A program made the position numbers and the translations under genes. Below the pieces are notes generated by a model. The model saw only the letters and a program-made list of their open reading frames with translations. It was not told the DNA's origin and searched no databases. A DNA stretch of 64,000 nt from Candidatus Scatomorpha merdigallinarum (GTDB lineage Bacteria > Bacillota > Clostridia > Oscillospirales > Oscillospiraceae), in assembly GCA_018710885.1 (NCBI GenBank), contig DVJA01000058.1:7922-71921 (forward strand). The letters are read 5' to 3'. Below, piece after piece: positions 27,862-39,164 of the stretch (the first letter of the stretch is position 1; every line of letters starts with the position of its first letter).

Positions 27862-28479
27862 TTATTCGCCCTCGTCCTCGGGCGCGTTCATTTCTATCTC
27901 CATTTGCTGGCCCCGGCTCTTTAGCTGTTCCACGGCGTCCTGGAGCTTCTCAAGTCCGTCAGACTGGCTCATGTCCGGCAGCGTCGGGAGCTCGTCCAGC
28001 GAGCTTATACCCATGACACGCAGGAAGGCCTCCGTTGTCTTATAGAGCGTCGGGCGTCCCGGAGCGTCCAGGCGGCCCGCCGGCTCTATGAGTCCCTTTT
28101 CGGCCAGGCTGGAGACCGTATATGAGCTGTCTACGCCCCTCACCTGCTCGACATATGCCCGGGTCACCGGCTGGAAGTACGCTATGATGGCGAGGGCTTC
28201 CAACGCGCTCGGCGAGAGCTTGGGCGCTGCCCGGTGTTCAATTACGCGGGAGATGAGTTTGGCGTACTCGGGCGCGGAACACAGCTGCAAAGTGCCCGCC
28301 AGGCGCAGCAGGCGTATGCCTCTGCGCTTTTCCTCGTAGTACTCGGCGAGCTTTCCCGCCGTTACAAGTATATCCTCTTCCGGCACCCCGAAAACCAGCG
28401 ACAATCTGGCCACGGGTACAGGCTCGCCGGAGGCGAAAAGCACCGCCTCGAGTGCCGGAGCAAGTTCGATAATATCCAT
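27862..28479 (-). CDS. scpB: segregation and condensation protein B
   Basis: 205 aa. LEAVLFASGEPV N-terminus and two winged-helix modules. Confidence 0.9.
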   Translation of the reverse strand: MDIIELAPALEAVLFASGEPVPVARLSLVFGVPEEDILVTAGKLAEYYEEKRRGIRLLRLAGTLQLCSAPEYAKLISRVIEHRAAPKLSPSALEALAIIAYFQPVTRAYVEQVRGVDSSYTVSSLAEKGLIEPAGRLDAPGRPTLYKTTEAFLRVMGISSLDELPTLPDMSQSDGLEKLQDAVEQLKSRGQQMEIEMNAPEDEGE

Positions 28480-29274
28480 TTACTCTTCCTCTATGGCTTC
28501 CAATATCTTCTCCGTGTCGCCGCCTGTGAACTCGAGCAGCAGATCCCCGTCCATCTCACTGATCGCAAGGCTGCCCATTGAGCACAGTTCCAGCACCGAC
28601 AGGAACACCGCGACTATCTCGCTGCGGCTGCGGCTCTCGGCGCAGAGCTCGCCGAGCGTCGCCGGCCCGTCCGAGCTCAGCCGCGCTATTATCTCACGCG
28701 ACTTGTCACGCACGCCGTAAACTATGCGTTTGGGCGCGAGCCTGGCCAGCTCACGCGGAGCCGGGGGCTTGGCCTCAGGCCGCATAAAGACGTCGCAGAG
28801 CGCGCCCAAAAGCTCCACGGGGTCATGCCGGTAGTCGTAGACCTTGGCTTCCCTGGACAATGGCTCCTGCCTGCGCGTGAACAAATCCTTGCCGTTCTCA
28901 CTCATGGCCGAAAACTCTTCGAGCACGGCCTTTATGGAGTCGCGCGCGCCTTTGGCCTTGAGCTGTTCCAGGCTGCTCATGAGCTGTTCCAGCTCGGTGA
29001 CTTCCTTCTCAGAGGCGAGCAGCGTGCGGCTTTTTATATACAGCAAATACGCCGCCATCTGCACAAACTCGCTGGCGACTTCCAGGTCCATGCGCTGCAT
29101 CTCATCGAGATAGGCCAGGTACTGGTCCAGTATCTCGCTGACGGATATGTCGCGTATCTCTATCTTGTTTTTACTCAGGAGCTGCAAAATCAGGCTCAAC
29201 GGGCCCTCAAAGTCCGCGAGCGAATCGCGCTCGTGTACCACGCCTTCCAGGCGAAAAGTCGGATCCTGGCTCAT
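28480..29274 (-). CDS. scpA: segregation and condensation protein A (kleisin)
   Basis: Start refined to MSQDPTF (ATGA overlap with the upstream stop). FEGPLSLILQLLSKNKIEI motif. Confidence 0.9.
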   Translation of the reverse strand: MSQDPTFRLEGVVHERDSLADFEGPLSLILQLLSKNKIEIRDISVSEILDQYLAYLDEMQRMDLEVASEFVQMAAYLLYIKSRTLLASEKEVTELEQLMSSLEQLKAKGARDSIKAVLEEFSAMSENGKDLFTRRQEPLSREAKVYDYRHDPVELLGALCDVFMRPEAKPPAPRELARLAPKRIVYGVRDKSREIIARLSSDGPATLGELCAESRSRSEIVAVFLSVLELCSMGSLAISEMDGDLLLEFTGGDTEKILEAIEEE

Positions 29275-29963
29275 ATGAACACCCTCGCAAGGTCCAGTCC
29301 TAGCTGCGCGACCCAAATCAACTTGTCAAAGACCCATCCGGCAGCGTAGCTGAGCGGGTCAAAGGGCAGGCGGTTCGTGACCAGTACCAGCACAAACAGC
29401 GCTATCATGCCGTAGCGCTCATAGTACATGAGCTTTCTGTAGGCCTGGTCGGATATGACGGAATACAGCACCTTGCTGCCGTCGAGCGGCGGTATGGGTA
29501 TGATGTTAAAAACAGCGAGCGTGAGGGAGAGATACGCCGTAGTTATAAGCATCTCCGACACGCAGTAACCCACGTACCCCGCCCTTCCGAGCGGTATCAA
29601 GGTAAGTCCATATATAAAAAGGAAAATGACAGAGACAAACAGATTTGCCATTGGCCCGGCGGCTGCCGTCACGGCCATACCCTCTTTGGGGTTTTTGAAG
29701 TTGCGCATATTCACCGGCACCGGCTTGGCCCAGCCAAAACCAAAGGCGACCAGCATCACAAGACCGAGTATATCTATGTGCTTTATGGGGTTCAACGTGA
29801 GCCTGCCAGCTCGCTTGGCGGTGTCGTCACCCAGCTTCCACGCCACGTAGCCGTGTGCCAGCTCGTGCAGGGTTATACAGATGAGGGCCGGCAGCACCGA
29901 CAAAAGCAGTCTGGCTGGCACGGACCAGTCCAGGCCGCGTATTATAGCTGTAAAATCTTCCAT
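29271..29963 (-). CDS. site-2 protease family (M50) membrane metalloprotease
   Basis: Start refined to MEDFTAII (AGAGGTG RBS). HELAHG and NIIPIPPLDG motifs, multi-TM. Confidence 0.75.
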   Translation of the reverse strand: MEDFTAIIRGLDWSVPARLLLSVLPALICITLHELAHGYVAWKLGDDTAKRAGRLTLNPIKHIDILGLVMLVAFGFGWAKPVPVNMRNFKNPKEGMAVTAAAGPMANLFVSVIFLFIYGLTLIPLGRAGYVGYCVSEMLITTAYLSLTLAVFNIIPIPPLDGSKVLYSVISDQAYRKLMYYERYGMIALFVLVLVTNRLPFDPLSYAAGWVFDKLIWVAQLGLDLARVFI

Positions 29964-30092
29964 TTGACACCTCTTGTGTACATTATAACAATTTGCCCGG
30001 CTAAAAACAAGAGCAGTTTGAGTATTTTGCGGCTTATGTCGCAAGCAGACACTGAAACCAAAAAGCGGGGCGGCTGCCGCCACCCCGTTTTT

Positions 30093-30680
30093 TTAAACTT
30101 TTGCCAGGATCTCACCCAGCAATTCATTTCGCCCAGTACCTTTTTCAGCGGAAAAAGGTATCAGTTTGGCCTCCTCCGGAAGCGCCAGAGTCTCGCGGAT
30201 CACAGCGATGTTGGCTTCTACGGCGCTTTTGGAGATCTTGTCAGTCTTGTTCGCCACCACGACGAAGGGCCGTCCCGAGGCCTTGAACCACTCGGACATG
30301 GTCACGTCGTCGCCCGTGGGCTTGTGCCGGGCGTCAACTATGTGCACGCCCAGGCTTATGCGCTCGCTCTCGGCAAAAAAGCTCTCCATCAGCGCGGCCC
30401 AACGGTCCCGTTCGGCCTTGCTGACCGCGGCGTAGCCGTAGCCGGGCAGATCTATGAACCAGCACTTCGAATCTATGTCGAAGTAGTTCACGTGTACCGT
30501 CTTGCCGGGCTGTGAACCCACTCGGGCGAAGTTTTTTCGGTTCAGGAGCCGGTTTATAACCGAGCTCTTGCCCACATTTGACTTGCCCGCGAATACGATT
30601 GCCGGCCTGCCGTCGCGTATAAAGTTTGAGCTGCTTGCCGCGGAGCGTACAAATTCAGCGCGGTTTAAGTTTATAGCCAT
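30093..30680 (-). CDS. engB: ribosome biogenesis GTP-binding protein YsxC/EngB
   Basis: G1 [10 protein letters not shown]3 DLPGYG, G4 NKTDK. Canonical position next to lon. Confidence 0.9.
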   Translation of the reverse strand: MAINLNRAEFVRSAASSSNFIRDGRPAIVFAGKSNVGKSSVINRLLNRKNFARVGSQPGKTVHVNYFDIDSKCWFIDLPGYGYAAVSKAERDRWAALMESFFAESERISLGVHIVDARHKPTGDDVTMSEWFKASGRPFVVVANKTDKISKSAVEANIAVIRETLALPEEAKLIPFSAEKGTGRNELLGEILAKV

Positions 30681-30683
30681 CTG

Positions 30684-33086
30684 TCACTGTCCTATTCTGG
30701 CGCCCTCGGCCGGCGGCTGCGGCGGCACGGGTGAAACGCCGGAGGCGGGTTCTGCATCGAGGCGGTTGAGGGCGACGTCAAGTATCGCGTCTACGTGGTC
30801 GGCCGTCACAAACTTCAAGCTGCGCCGCACGGTCTGGTCTATTTCGTCCAAGTCGGCCTCGTTGGCAGCCGGGATTATAACCGTGCTCACACCGGCGCGC
30901 AGGGCCGCCATTGTCTTCTCCTTGAGCCCGCCTATGGGCAGGATACGGCCGCGCAGGGTTATCTCGCCCGTCATGGCCAGGTCCCGGCGCACAGGTATGC
31001 CGGTGAGCGCCGATATGACGCCAATGCATATGGTTATGCCCGCGCTGGGGCCGTCCTTGGGTACTGCGCCCTCTGGGAAGTGGATGTGTATGTCGCGCTT
31101 GCGGTAGAACTCCGGGTCTATGCCCAGCTTGCCCGCACGCGAGCGGATATAGGTTATCGCGGCTTTACAGCTCTCCTGCATGACGGAGCCGAGGTTGCCG
31201 GTCAGGATGAGCTGGCCGGTGCCGTCCACTACGCCTACTTCCACGTCCAGCACTTCGCCGCCCACCGATGTCCAGGCCAATCCGCGGACCAGGCCGACCT
31301 CGTCGCGCGGATAGATGCTGTCTGGCTTATATTTGGGCGCACCGAGCAGCGGCTCGAGCCTTCCTGCACGCACGGACAGGGACTTGTATTCGCCCTTTGC
31401 TATGCCGGCGGCGCACTTGCGGCAGAGCGCCGCGAGCTCGCGTTCCAGCAGCCTGACGCCGCTCTCGCGGGTGTAGAGCGAGATTATCTCGCGTATAGCG
31501 TCGTCGCTCACGCGCAGCGTCGTGCCGTTGAGGCCGTGGCGCTTTCTCTGCTTTGGCAGCAGGTGCTGTTTGGCTATCATCAGCTTTTCCTCGTCGGTAT
31601 AGCTGGTGAGCTCTATGACCTCCATGCGGTCGAGCAGCGGGCGCGGTATCGTATCCAGCGTGTTGGCCGTGGTGATGAAGAGCACGTCGGAGAGGTCAAT
31701 GGGGATCTCCATATAGTTGTCGCGGAACTTGTTGTTCTGCTCCCCGTCCAGGGCCTCCAGCAGTGCGCTGGAAGGGTCGCCCCTGTAATCGGAGCCGAGT
31801 TTGTCTATCTCGTCGAGGACCATGACCGGGTTCATGCTTCCGGCCTGTATGAGTCCGTTCACCAGGCGTCCCGGCATGGAGCCTATATAGGTCTTGCGGT
31901 GGCCGCGTATCTCGGCCTCATCGTGTACGCCGCCGAGGGCGACATGCGAGAGCTTGCGGTTCATGGCCCGGGCAATGCTCATCGCTATGCTCGTCTTGCC
32001 TGTGCCCGGAGGGCCTACAAGGCAGAGCACGGTGCCGCGGATATCCGGCGCCAGCTTGCGCACGGACAGGAACTCTATGATGCGCTCTTTTACTTTGTCG
32101 AGGCCGTAGTGGTCCTCATCGAGCAGCTTGCGCGCTTTGGCGACGTCCAGCGTCTCTTTAGTACGCTTGTTCCAGGGCACTTCCAGGCATGTGTCCAAAT
32201 AGCCGCGGATTACGCTGGCCTCGGCCGACCCGAAGGGTTGGCGCGAGAGCTTGGAGACCTCTTTGAGCAGCTTCTTTTCAACGTCTTCGTCAAGACGCAG
32301 CTCCCTTATGCGGCGGCGGTAGTCGTCCAGTTCCTGCGGCGTGTCGTCGTCGCCGAGCTCGGACTGTATAACCTTGAGCTGTTCACGCAGGTAGTACTCG
32401 CGCTGGTTGCGGTTCATCTGCTCCTGCGTACTCTCGCTTATGTCGCGCTCTATGCCGAGCAGCGTCAGCTCGCGGCTCACCAGCGAGCAGAGCCTGGCCA
32501 GGCGGCGCGAGGGGCGCAGCTCTTCCAGGAGCTGCTGCTTCTCTTCAGGCTTTAGGTACACGTTCTGGGCCACGAAGTCGGCTATATAGGCCGCGTCATC
32601 GCTCGCCGCGACGCTGATAAGCGACTCGGCCGGCGAGTTTCCGCTGGCCTCGGTGTACTGGCTGAAAAGCGTCACACAGCGCCGGCATAGGGCCTCAATC
32701 TTGACAGTGGACTTCTCCTCCACGTCATTCAGGGGCTCCACCTCTGTGTAGAGGCATGGCGAGTCGGTGATAAGCGAAATTATACGGCCCCTACCGATAC
32801 CCTCAACCATGACGCGGACGGTTTTGCCGCCGGGCTGGCGCAGCATCTGGCGCACGCGGCAGACGGTACCGATGGCGTAAATGTCGTCCAGGAAGGGTAT
32901 ATCCTTCGTCATGTCCTTCTGCGCGGTGAGGAACAGGATCTGGTCCTCGCCCATAGCTATGTTCAGCGCAGCCACGCTCATGGGCCTCTCCACATCAAAG
33001 TTCAAAAGCATGCCCGGGAATACGGACAGGCCGCGGAGCGGCAGCACAGGCATGGACCTCTGCGCTCTAAATTCATAATCGCTCAT
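30684..33086 (-). CDS. lon: ATP-dependent Lon protease (LonA)
   Basis: 800 aa. Walker [10 protein letters not shown] and protease Ser motif PKDGPSAG. Confidence 0.95.
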   Translation of the reverse strand: MSDYEFRAQRSMPVLPLRGLSVFPGMLLNFDVERPMSVAALNIAMGEDQILFLTAQKDMTKDIPFLDDIYAIGTVCRVRQMLRQPGGKTVRVMVEGIGRGRIISLITDSPCLYTEVEPLNDVEEKSTVKIEALCRRCVTLFSQYTEASGNSPAESLISVAASDDAAYIADFVAQNVYLKPEEKQQLLEELRPSRRLARLCSLVSRELTLLGIERDISESTQEQMNRNQREYYLREQLKVIQSELGDDDTPQELDDYRRRIRELRLDEDVEKKLLKEVSKLSRQPFGSAEASVIRGYLDTCLEVPWNKRTKETLDVAKARKLLDEDHYGLDKVKERIIEFLSVRKLAPDIRGTVLCLVGPPGTGKTSIAMSIARAMNRKLSHVALGGVHDEAEIRGHRKTYIGSMPGRLVNGLIQAGSMNPVMVLDEIDKLGSDYRGDPSSALLEALDGEQNNKFRDNYMEIPIDLSDVLFITTANTLDTIPRPLLDRMEVIELTSYTDEEKLMIAKQHLLPKQRKRHGLNGTTLRVSDDAIREIISLYTRESGVRLLERELAALCRKCAAGIAKGEYKSLSVRAGRLEPLLGAPKYKPDSIYPRDEVGLVRGLAWTSVGGEVLDVEVGVVDGTGQLILTGNLGSVMQESCKAAITYIRSRAGKLGIDPEFYRKRDIHIHFPEGAVPKDGPSAGITICIGVISALTGIPVRRDLAMTGEITLRGRILPIGGLKEKTMAALRAGVSTVIIPAANEADLDEIDQTVRRSLKFVTADHVDAILDVALNRLDAEPASGVSPVPPQPPAEGARIGQ

Positions 33087-33166
33087 ACTGCACTCCTTTC
33101 ATTTCGGAGCATATACGCGCATGGGGACGGATATCCTCCGTCCCCCCACTTGTATTCTACTTACTT

Positions 33167-34471
33167 TCAAGATACGCTCTCACCGGTGGCGTCCTTGTGT
33201 ATTACCATCGGCTCGGTGGAATTGCGCACACAATCTGCGGTCACAATGACCTTCTCAATGGTAGGATCGGAGGGCACCTTATACATTATGCCCGTCATGA
33301 TCTTTTCCATTACACTTCTGAGTCCGCGGGCGCCAATTTTCATGGCTATCGCCTGATCAGCTATGGCGCTCAGCGCCTCAGGCTCGAACTCAAGCTGAAC
33401 CCCGTCGTAGTCCAGCAGCACCTTGTACTGCTTGGTCAGGGCGTTCTTGGGCTCAGTCAGGATGCGCACCAGATCTTCGCGCTTGAGGCTGTTGAGGCTC
33501 GTAACTACGGGCAAGCGGCCTATCAGCTCGGGGATGATGCCGAACTTCAGCAGGTCGTGGCTCTGAACCTCGTGCATCAGCTCGCCCACATCCCTCTCGG
33601 CCGCGCTCTTTATATCTGCGCCGAAGCCCAGGCTTTTGCGGTCGGTACGGCGCTCGATTATCTTGTCGAGGCCGTCAAATGCGCCGCCGCAGATGAAGAG
33701 GATGTTGGTGGTGTCCACGTGTATGAACTCCTGGTGGGGGTGTTTGCGGCCGCCCTGCGGCGGCACGCTGGCCACCGTGCCTTCGAGCAGCTTCAGCAGT
33801 GCCTGCTGCACGCCCTCTCCCGAGACGTCGCGCGTGATAGAGGTATTCTCGCTCTTGCGGGCGATTTTGTCTATCTCGTCAACGTAAATTATGCCGCGCT
33901 CGGCCCTTTCCACGTCAAAGTCCGCGGCCTGAAGCAGCTTCAGGAGAATATTCTCCACGTCTTCTCCGACATAGCCGGCCTCAGTCAAGGTAGTGGCGTC
34001 TGCGATGGCGAAGGGCACGCCCAGCATCTTTGCCAGGGTCTGGGCGAATAGGGTCTTGCCGGAGCCGGTCGGGCCTATGAGCAGTATATTGCTCTTTTGC
34101 AGCTCGACGTTCTTCTCCTTGCTGAGGTTATCCTCAGAGTCCAGGTGGAGTATACGCTTATAGTGGTTATACACCGCCACGCTGAGCACTATTTTGGCCT
34201 CTTCCTGGCCGATAATATAGTCGTCCAGGTTGGCGCGTATCTCAGCAGGCTTGGGTATGAGCCCATACTCCTTCACAGTCGTCTCCAGATCGCTGTACTT
34301 GTACGGCGACGCATGTTCGCGCTCCTCTTCCCTCTTCACTATATTGGCGCAGAGTTTGACGCACGAATCGCAGATAAACGCACCGTTGCCGGCGATGAGC
34401 CTTTTCACCGCCGACTGCGGCTTGCCGCAGAACGAGCACGTAGGTATATCGTTAATATCGTTCTTTGCCAT
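33167..34471 (-). CDS. clpX: ATP-dependent Clp protease ATP-binding subunit ClpX
   Basis: Zinc ribbon CSFCGK..CDSC, Walker [12 protein letters not shown]-loop region. Confidence 0.95.
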   Translation of the reverse strand: MAKNDINDIPTCSFCGKPQSAVKRLIAGNGAFICDSCVKLCANIVKREEEREHASPYKYSDLETTVKEYGLIPKPAEIRANLDDYIIGQEEAKIVLSVAVYNHYKRILHLDSEDNLSKEKNVELQKSNILLIGPTGSGKTLFAQTLAKMLGVPFAIADATTLTEAGYVGEDVENILLKLLQAADFDVERAERGIIYVDEIDKIARKSENTSITRDVSGEGVQQALLKLLEGTVASVPPQGGRKHPHQEFIHVDTTNILFICGGAFDGLDKIIERRTDRKSLGFGADIKSAAERDVGELMHEVQSHDLLKFGIIPELIGRLPVVTSLNSLKREDLVRILTEPKNALTKQYKVLLDYDGVQLEFEPEALSAIADQAIAMKIGARGLRSVMEKIMTGIMYKVPSDPTIEKVIVTADCVRNSTEPMVIHKDATGESVS

Positions 34472-34532
34472 TTCTCACCTCATGCGCAGTAATAACCGCG
34501 TAATAGCCTCATGCGGGCCTTGTCCCGTGGGC

Positions 34533-35114
34533 TTATCTCTTATAGATGACCTTGTCGATCAGGCCGTACTGCAGGGCCTCTTCGGCGGGCATAAAGTTGT
34601 CGCGCTCGGTGTCGATGGCGATCTGCTCTATGCTCTTGCCGGTGTTCTCGGCGAGGATGCGGTTGAGCTTTTCACGAGTGCGCAGCATCCACTCGGCCTG
34701 GATCTTGATGTCGCTGGCCTGGCCCTTCGTACCGCCGGAGGGCTGGTGAATCATGATCTCGGCGTTGGGCAGGGCGAGACGCTTGCCCTTAGTGCCGGAG
34801 GAGAGCAGGAAGGCTCCCATGCTGGCGGCCATGCCGATGCAGATGGTGGACACGTCGCACTTGATATACTGCATGGTGTCATAGATCGCCATGCCGTCGG
34901 TGACGGAACCGCCGGGGCTGTTGATATAGAACTGGATGTCCTTATCGGGGTCCTGGGCCTCGAGGTAGAGCAGCTGCGCCACGATAAGGCTCGCGGTGGT
35001 AGAATTGACTTCCTCGCTGAGCATGACTATACGGTCATTGAGCAGGCGGGAGAAGATATCGTAGGAGCGCTCGCCGCGCGAGGTCTGCTCCACTACATAC
35101 GGTACTAAACTCAT
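34533..35114 (-). CDS. clpP: ATP-dependent Clp protease proteolytic subunit
   Basis: 193 aa. Catalytic Ser context GMAASMG, His context IMIHQP. Confidence 0.95.
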   Translation of the reverse strand: MSLVPYVVEQTSRGERSYDIFSRLLNDRIVMLSEEVNSTTASLIVAQLLYLEAQDPDKDIQFYINSPGGSVTDGMAIYDTMQYIKCDVSTICIGMAASMGAFLLSSGTKGKRLALPNAEIMIHQPSGGTKGQASDIKIQAEWMLRTREKLNRILAENTGKSIEQIAIDTERDNFMPAEEALQYGLIDKVIYKR

Positions 35115-35174
35115 TTATGTTCCTCCTTGGATTAATATACACTGTTAAATGAGCTTAACCGGTTTTCGCTGGGA

Positions 35175-36530
35175 TTAGTCTCCGGCTTCCTCAGTGGAAG
35201 CGGCCTCTTCCTCGGCGGGAGCAGCTTCTTCGCCTTCCTCCTCTGCCGGTTTGGGCTCGGTCTTGACGGCGCTCTCGTAGATGACCTCGGCGGCCTTGCG
35301 GCGAATGATATCCTGGGTCATGAGATTCTCGTCGATCATTTCCTTTATCTTGTCAGCCTCTTCGCCGTAATCGGCGGCCAGCTTGTCGTAGAACTCCTTC
35401 TTGTCCTCTTCGGTGGCCTCGATGCCTTCAGCCTTAGCTATGGCGTCAAGCAGCAGGTCGGTCTTGACCTGGCGTTCGCTCGAGGGACGCATCATGGCCT
35501 CAAAGGCGTCCTCGGTGAGGCCCAAGCTCTGGATGAGCTCTGCACGGTTGCGCCCGGTGGCGCCGATATTATTGGCGTAGTTGACCAGGAACTCGTCAGT
35601 CTTCTCGCTTATCATGCTCTCCGGCACGGTGACGTCCATGTTGTCGCAGGCCTTAGTGAGCAGTTCGCTGTGGAACTTGTTGGTGGCGCTCTCTACACGG
35701 CCGTCGTACAGCTTGGTCCTGAGGTCGGCCTTATACTCTTCGAGGGTGTCAAACTCGCTGACGTCCTTGGCGAACTCGTCGTCGAGCTCGGGCAGCTGCG
35801 GCTCGCGCACAGTGTGAACCTTGACCTTGAAGGTGGCGTCCTTGCCGGCTAGCTCAGGGCTGTACTGCTCGGGGAAGGTCACATTGACTTCGCCCTCGCT
35901 CTCGGGAGCCATGCCTACCATCTGATCCTCAAAGCCGGGTATGAACTCGCCGGAGCCGATCTCGAGGCTGTAGTTCTCAGCCTTGCCGCCCTCGAAGGGC
36001 TTGCCGTCGACAAAGCCCTCGAAATCGAAGACTATGGTGTCGCCCTTCTGCACGGGGCGCTCGACATCGACGTAACGGGCGTTGCGCTTGCGGTTGCTCT
36101 CGAGCAGGCGGTCAACTTCCTCGTCAGCGACGCTCGGCTCCTTGTAGGGAGCCTCGAGGCCCTTGTACTCGCCGAGAGTGACAACGGGATAGAGGTCGGT
36201 GGTGAAGGTTATTGTGCAGGCCTTGCTGTCGTCAACATTGTAGTCGGCTATGGAGGGCGCGCCCACAGTGTTGAGCTCTTCGGCCTTGACGGCGAAGTCA
36301 AACGCCTCGGGGGCGAGCTCCTGCACTGCCTCGTCATGGAAGATGTCGGCGCCGTACATGCCCTCGATAACTACGCGGGGAGCTTTGCCCTTGCGGAAAC
36401 CGGCGACATATATCTGGTTCTTGAGCTTCTTGTAGGCCTTGTTGACAGCCTGCTCAAAAGCGTCGGCATCGACTTCGACCTGGAAGATAGCGGTGTTGTT
36501 TTCTTTCTTTTCTACGTTCTTGACGAGCAT
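35175..36530 (-). CDS. tig: trigger factor
   Basis: Start refined to MLVKNVEKKENN (GGAGG upstream). GFRKGKAP ribosome-binding motif, central FKBP domain, acidic C-tail. Confidence 0.9.
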   Translation of the reverse strand: MLVKNVEKKENNTAIFQVEVDADAFEQAVNKAYKKLKNQIYVAGFRKGKAPRVVIEGMYGADIFHDEAVQELAPEAFDFAVKAEELNTVGAPSIADYNVDDSKACTITFTTDLYPVVTLGEYKGLEAPYKEPSVADEEVDRLLESNRKRNARYVDVERPVQKGDTIVFDFEGFVDGKPFEGGKAENYSLEIGSGEFIPGFEDQMVGMAPESEGEVNVTFPEQYSPELAGKDATFKVKVHTVREPQLPELDDEFAKDVSEFDTLEEYKADLRTKLYDGRVESATNKFHSELLTKACDNMDVTVPESMISEKTDEFLVNYANNIGATGRNRAELIQSLGLTEDAFEAMMRPSSERQVKTDLLLDAIAKAEGIEATEEDKKEFYDKLAADYGEEADKIKEMIDENLMTQDIIRRKAAEVIYESAVKTEPKPAEEEGEEAAPAEEEAASTEEAGD

Positions 36531-36591
36531 GGGGTGGATTCCTCCTAAATATTTATCACTGAAATTAGTTCCTATAATTTTACGCGGAAGC

Positions 36592-36620
36592 ATTATAGCA
36601 GATTGCGCAAATAAAAGCAA
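36592..36620 (-). promoter_or_regulatory. sigma-A promoter of tig
   Basis: Minus strand TTGCTT, 17 nt, TATAAT. Confidence 0.65.
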
Positions 36621-36630
36621 TGATAATTGT

Positions 36631-37320
36631 TCAATCTCTGACTTTTATCGGAGAGAAAAGCAGGTGGTCAGCCGAAACGAGCTTGAAACGCACCGAATTT
36701 TTCTCGCCCTGGAAGGCCGCGTAGCAGCCCTTTCCGTGTATGTGCCCGTAATAGCACTCCCTGACGCCGTAGCGCTCGAGCAGTTCAAGTATCTCCGTAC
36801 ACTCGTAGCCCATGTACTTGGGAGGGTAATGCAGGAAGGCTATTTTCTCCCTGTCACCGGCAGCTTTAAGCGAGGCCTCAAGCCGGCCTATCTCGCGGAG
36901 CATGATCTTTTTGTCGTGCGCATTGCCGCGCTCTTCCTCGTAAAACCAGCCCCTGGTACCGCACAGCGCCGTCTCGCCATACAGGCAGCAGTTGTTATTC
37001 AAGATGTCTATCGTCGTTATGCCGTTCGCCTCAAAAAACTTTCTGGCCTTCGACGCGGTGCTCCACCAGTAGTCGTGATTGCCTTTGAGGACAATCTTTT
37101 TGCCAGGCAGGCGGTCTATGAAGAGGAAGTCCTCCAGCGCAGACTCGAGGGACATACCCCAGGACAAATCGCCGCACAGCACCGTGACGTCGTCTTCGCC
37201 AAGAGCGGCAAAACCCTCGCGGAGCTTGTCTACGTAACCTGTCCACGGCCCGCCGAAGACGTCCATGGGCTTGCTGCTGCCCAGCGAGAGGTGCAAATCT
37301 CCAATTGCATAAAGCGCCAA
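36631..37320 (-). CDS. metallophosphoesterase
   Basis: Start refined to TTG 37320 or GTG 37323 just after GGAGG (37327-37331). Motifs GDLH, GDLSWG, GNHDYWW. The 362-aa track ORF is an artefactual 5' extension. Confidence 0.7.
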   Translation of the reverse strand: MALYAIGDLHLSLGSSKPMDVFGGPWTGYVDKLREGFAALGEDDVTVLCGDLSWGMSLESALEDFLFIDRLPGKKIVLKGNHDYWWSTASKARKFFEANGITTIDILNNNCCLYGETALCGTRGWFYEEERGNAHDKKIMLREIGRLEASLKAAGDREKIAFLHYPPKYMGYECTEILELLERYGVRECYYGHIHGKGCYAAFQGEKNSVRFKLVSADHLLFSPIKVRD

Positions 37321-37422
37321 CACGCACCTCCGTATATTTTTATGCCTACCGGCCGATAATAGCTGACAGGCCAAGGACTGCGTACGCCGCCCGAGGTCCA
37401 ATAACCATTGGAGGCTTGAGTC

Positions 37423-37605
37423 ATGAACGACAACAAAAAGCACAGCGGAAAGACCGCCATCGGCTGCGATGCCGCCAACTGCGCCTACAACGAAAACGGC
37501 CATGGCTGCAACGCCGAACACATCCGTGTTGACGGACGCACCGCCAAGACCACCGGTGAAACCTGCTGCTCCACTTTTAAAGCTAAGGACAAGGCCAGTT
37601 TCTGA
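37423..37605 (+). CDS. DUF1540-like small Cys-rich protein
   Basis: 60 aa. GGAGG 8 nt upstream. Pattern C..(A)NC......C.A..I.V.......T.C.TF is typical of DUF1540. Confidence 0.65.
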   Translation: MNDNKKHSGKTAIGCDAANCAYNENGHGCNAEHIRVDGRTAKTTGETCCSTFKAKDKASF

Positions 37606-37667
37606 GAGGCCGGTGTCAACCGGGCTGGGGCTCCGGCGCGTTTGGACGCGCTTGGAGCCTGTACATA

Positions 37668-39149
37668 TCAGTCGAGAAAAGCCGCCACCACGCCGCGCAT
37701 ATTCTGCGGGTCGGTGCACTCTGAAAAGCGCTCCGTCTTTTCGCCCAGGTGCGCAAGCGGTTCGGGCGCCTTGGTGCCCGTGGCGCGCTCAAGCTTGCCT
37801 ATTAGCTCATGCCCCGGCTCGTCCGTACTCATACCCAGGGCGCTGAGCACGCTCGGGCAGAATTTATAGGGGCTCGCCGTGGACACAACCGCCGTCGGGG
37901 TCTCGTCCCCGGTGCCGCAGCGATAAGCGGAGAGCACTGCGCTCGCCACAGCGGTGTGGGTGTCTATCAGGTAGCCATGCTCGGCCCAGACGCGGGCTAT
38001 CTCAGCGCTCGCGCCGTCGCCGGTGCAGAATCCCGCCGAGAAGTCTTTTGTAATAGCGCCGAGCACTTCTTCTCCCACGTCGTAATGGCCCTCAGTGGAG
38101 AGTTCATTCATCCACTGCGCCACACGTTCGGTGTCGCCGGTCACGAAGTACAAAAGCCTTTCGAGGTTGCTGGAAACGAGTATGTCCATGCTCGGGCTGT
38201 TCGTGAGGTGGAAGTCGCGGCGCTTGTCGTACACGCCGGTAGTGATAAAGTCCGTGAGGACGTTGTTCTCGTTGGAGGCACAGATGAAACGCTCAACCGG
38301 TAGGCCCATCTGCTTGGCTATCCAACCGGCCAGGATGTTTCCGAAGTTGCCTGTGGGCACGCAGAAGTCCATGCTCTCCCCCGGAGCTATGAGTCCGGCG
38401 TTTACAAAGTCGCAGTAGCAGGAGAAGTAGTAGGCAATCTGCGGCAGCAGACGTCCCCAGTTGATCGAGTTGGCCGAGGAAAGGAACCAGCCCTTCTCCC
38501 TGAGCTCATCCGCAAAGGGCTTGTCGGAGAAAATGCGCTTTACGCCCGCCTGGGCGTCGTCAAAGTTGCCCTCGACGGCGCAGACCATGACGTTCTGCCC
38601 CTCCTGGGTGACCATTTGCAGGCGCTGCACGTCGCTCACGCCGTCGCGCGGGTAGAAGACCATAATCTTCGTGCCGGGCACATCGGCGAAACCTTCAAGC
38701 GCAGCCTTACCCGTGTCGCCGCTGGTCGCAACGAGAATGCAGACACCGAGCTCGACGCCCTGTTTGCGCAGAGAAGCCGTCAGCAGCCGGGGCAGCATCT
38801 GAAGCGCCATGTCCTTGAAGGCGCTCGTGGGGCCGTGCCAGAGCTCCAGGTAGCCGGTGGTTTCATCTATGAAGCGCACGGGCGCTATTTCAGCCGTGTC
38901 AAAGTTCTCCCCGTAAGCCTGACGGCAGAGCTCGCCAATCTCCTCACTCGTGAAGTCGTCGAGAAACGGCGCCATTATTCTGGCCGCGCGGGCGCGGTAG
39001 TTCATCGCACAGAGGTCTTCAATTTCCTGCGCGCTTATCTGCGGAAAACTCTCAGGCACATACAGGCCGCCGTCCGGGGCCAGACCTCTGATAATGGCCT
39101 GAGCAGCAGATATACGCTCATCCAGGCCTCGGGTGCTGAAGTACTTCAC
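37668..39149 (-). CDS. thrC: threonine synthase
   Basis: 493 aa. PLP-Lys motif GPTSAFKD, long-form ThrC. Confidence 0.9.
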   Translation of the reverse strand: MKYFSTRGLDERISAAQAIIRGLAPDGGLYVPESFPQISAQEIEDLCAMNYRARAARIMAPFLDDFTSEEIGELCRQAYGENFDTAEIAPVRFIDETTGYLELWHGPTSAFKDMALQMLPRLLTASLRKQGVELGVCILVATSGDTGKAALEGFADVPGTKIMVFYPRDGVSDVQRLQMVTQEGQNVMVCAVEGNFDDAQAGVKRIFSDKPFADELREKGWFLSSANSINWGRLLPQIAYYFSCYCDFVNAGLIAPGESMDFCVPTGNFGNILAGWIAKQMGLPVERFICASNENNVLTDFITTGVYDKRRDFHLTNSPSMDILVSSNLERLLYFVTGDTERVAQWMNELSTEGHYDVGEEVLGAITKDFSAGFCTGDGASAEIARVWAEHGYLIDTHTAVASAVLSAYRCGTGDETPTAVVSTASPYKFCPSVLSALGMSTDEPGHELIGKLERATGTKAPEPLAHLGEKTERFSECTDPQNMRGVVAAFLD

Positions 39150-39164
39150 TCTTTCTCTCCACTC

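Noticed and set aside
30795-32555. 586-aa plus-strand ORF
   Set aside because: Lies entirely antisense to lon, whose product has unmistakable Lon motifs. The translation is an A/G/L/V/R/H-rich, low-information sequence with no RBS. It is a typical high-GC antisense artefact.
36631-37719. 362-aa minus-strand ORF in the track
   Set aside because: Only the last 230 codons resemble a metallophosphoesterase (starting LALYAIGDLH right after a GGAGG). The 5' extension has no homology signal, overlaps the well-supported DUF1540 gene on the other strand, and runs into thrC.
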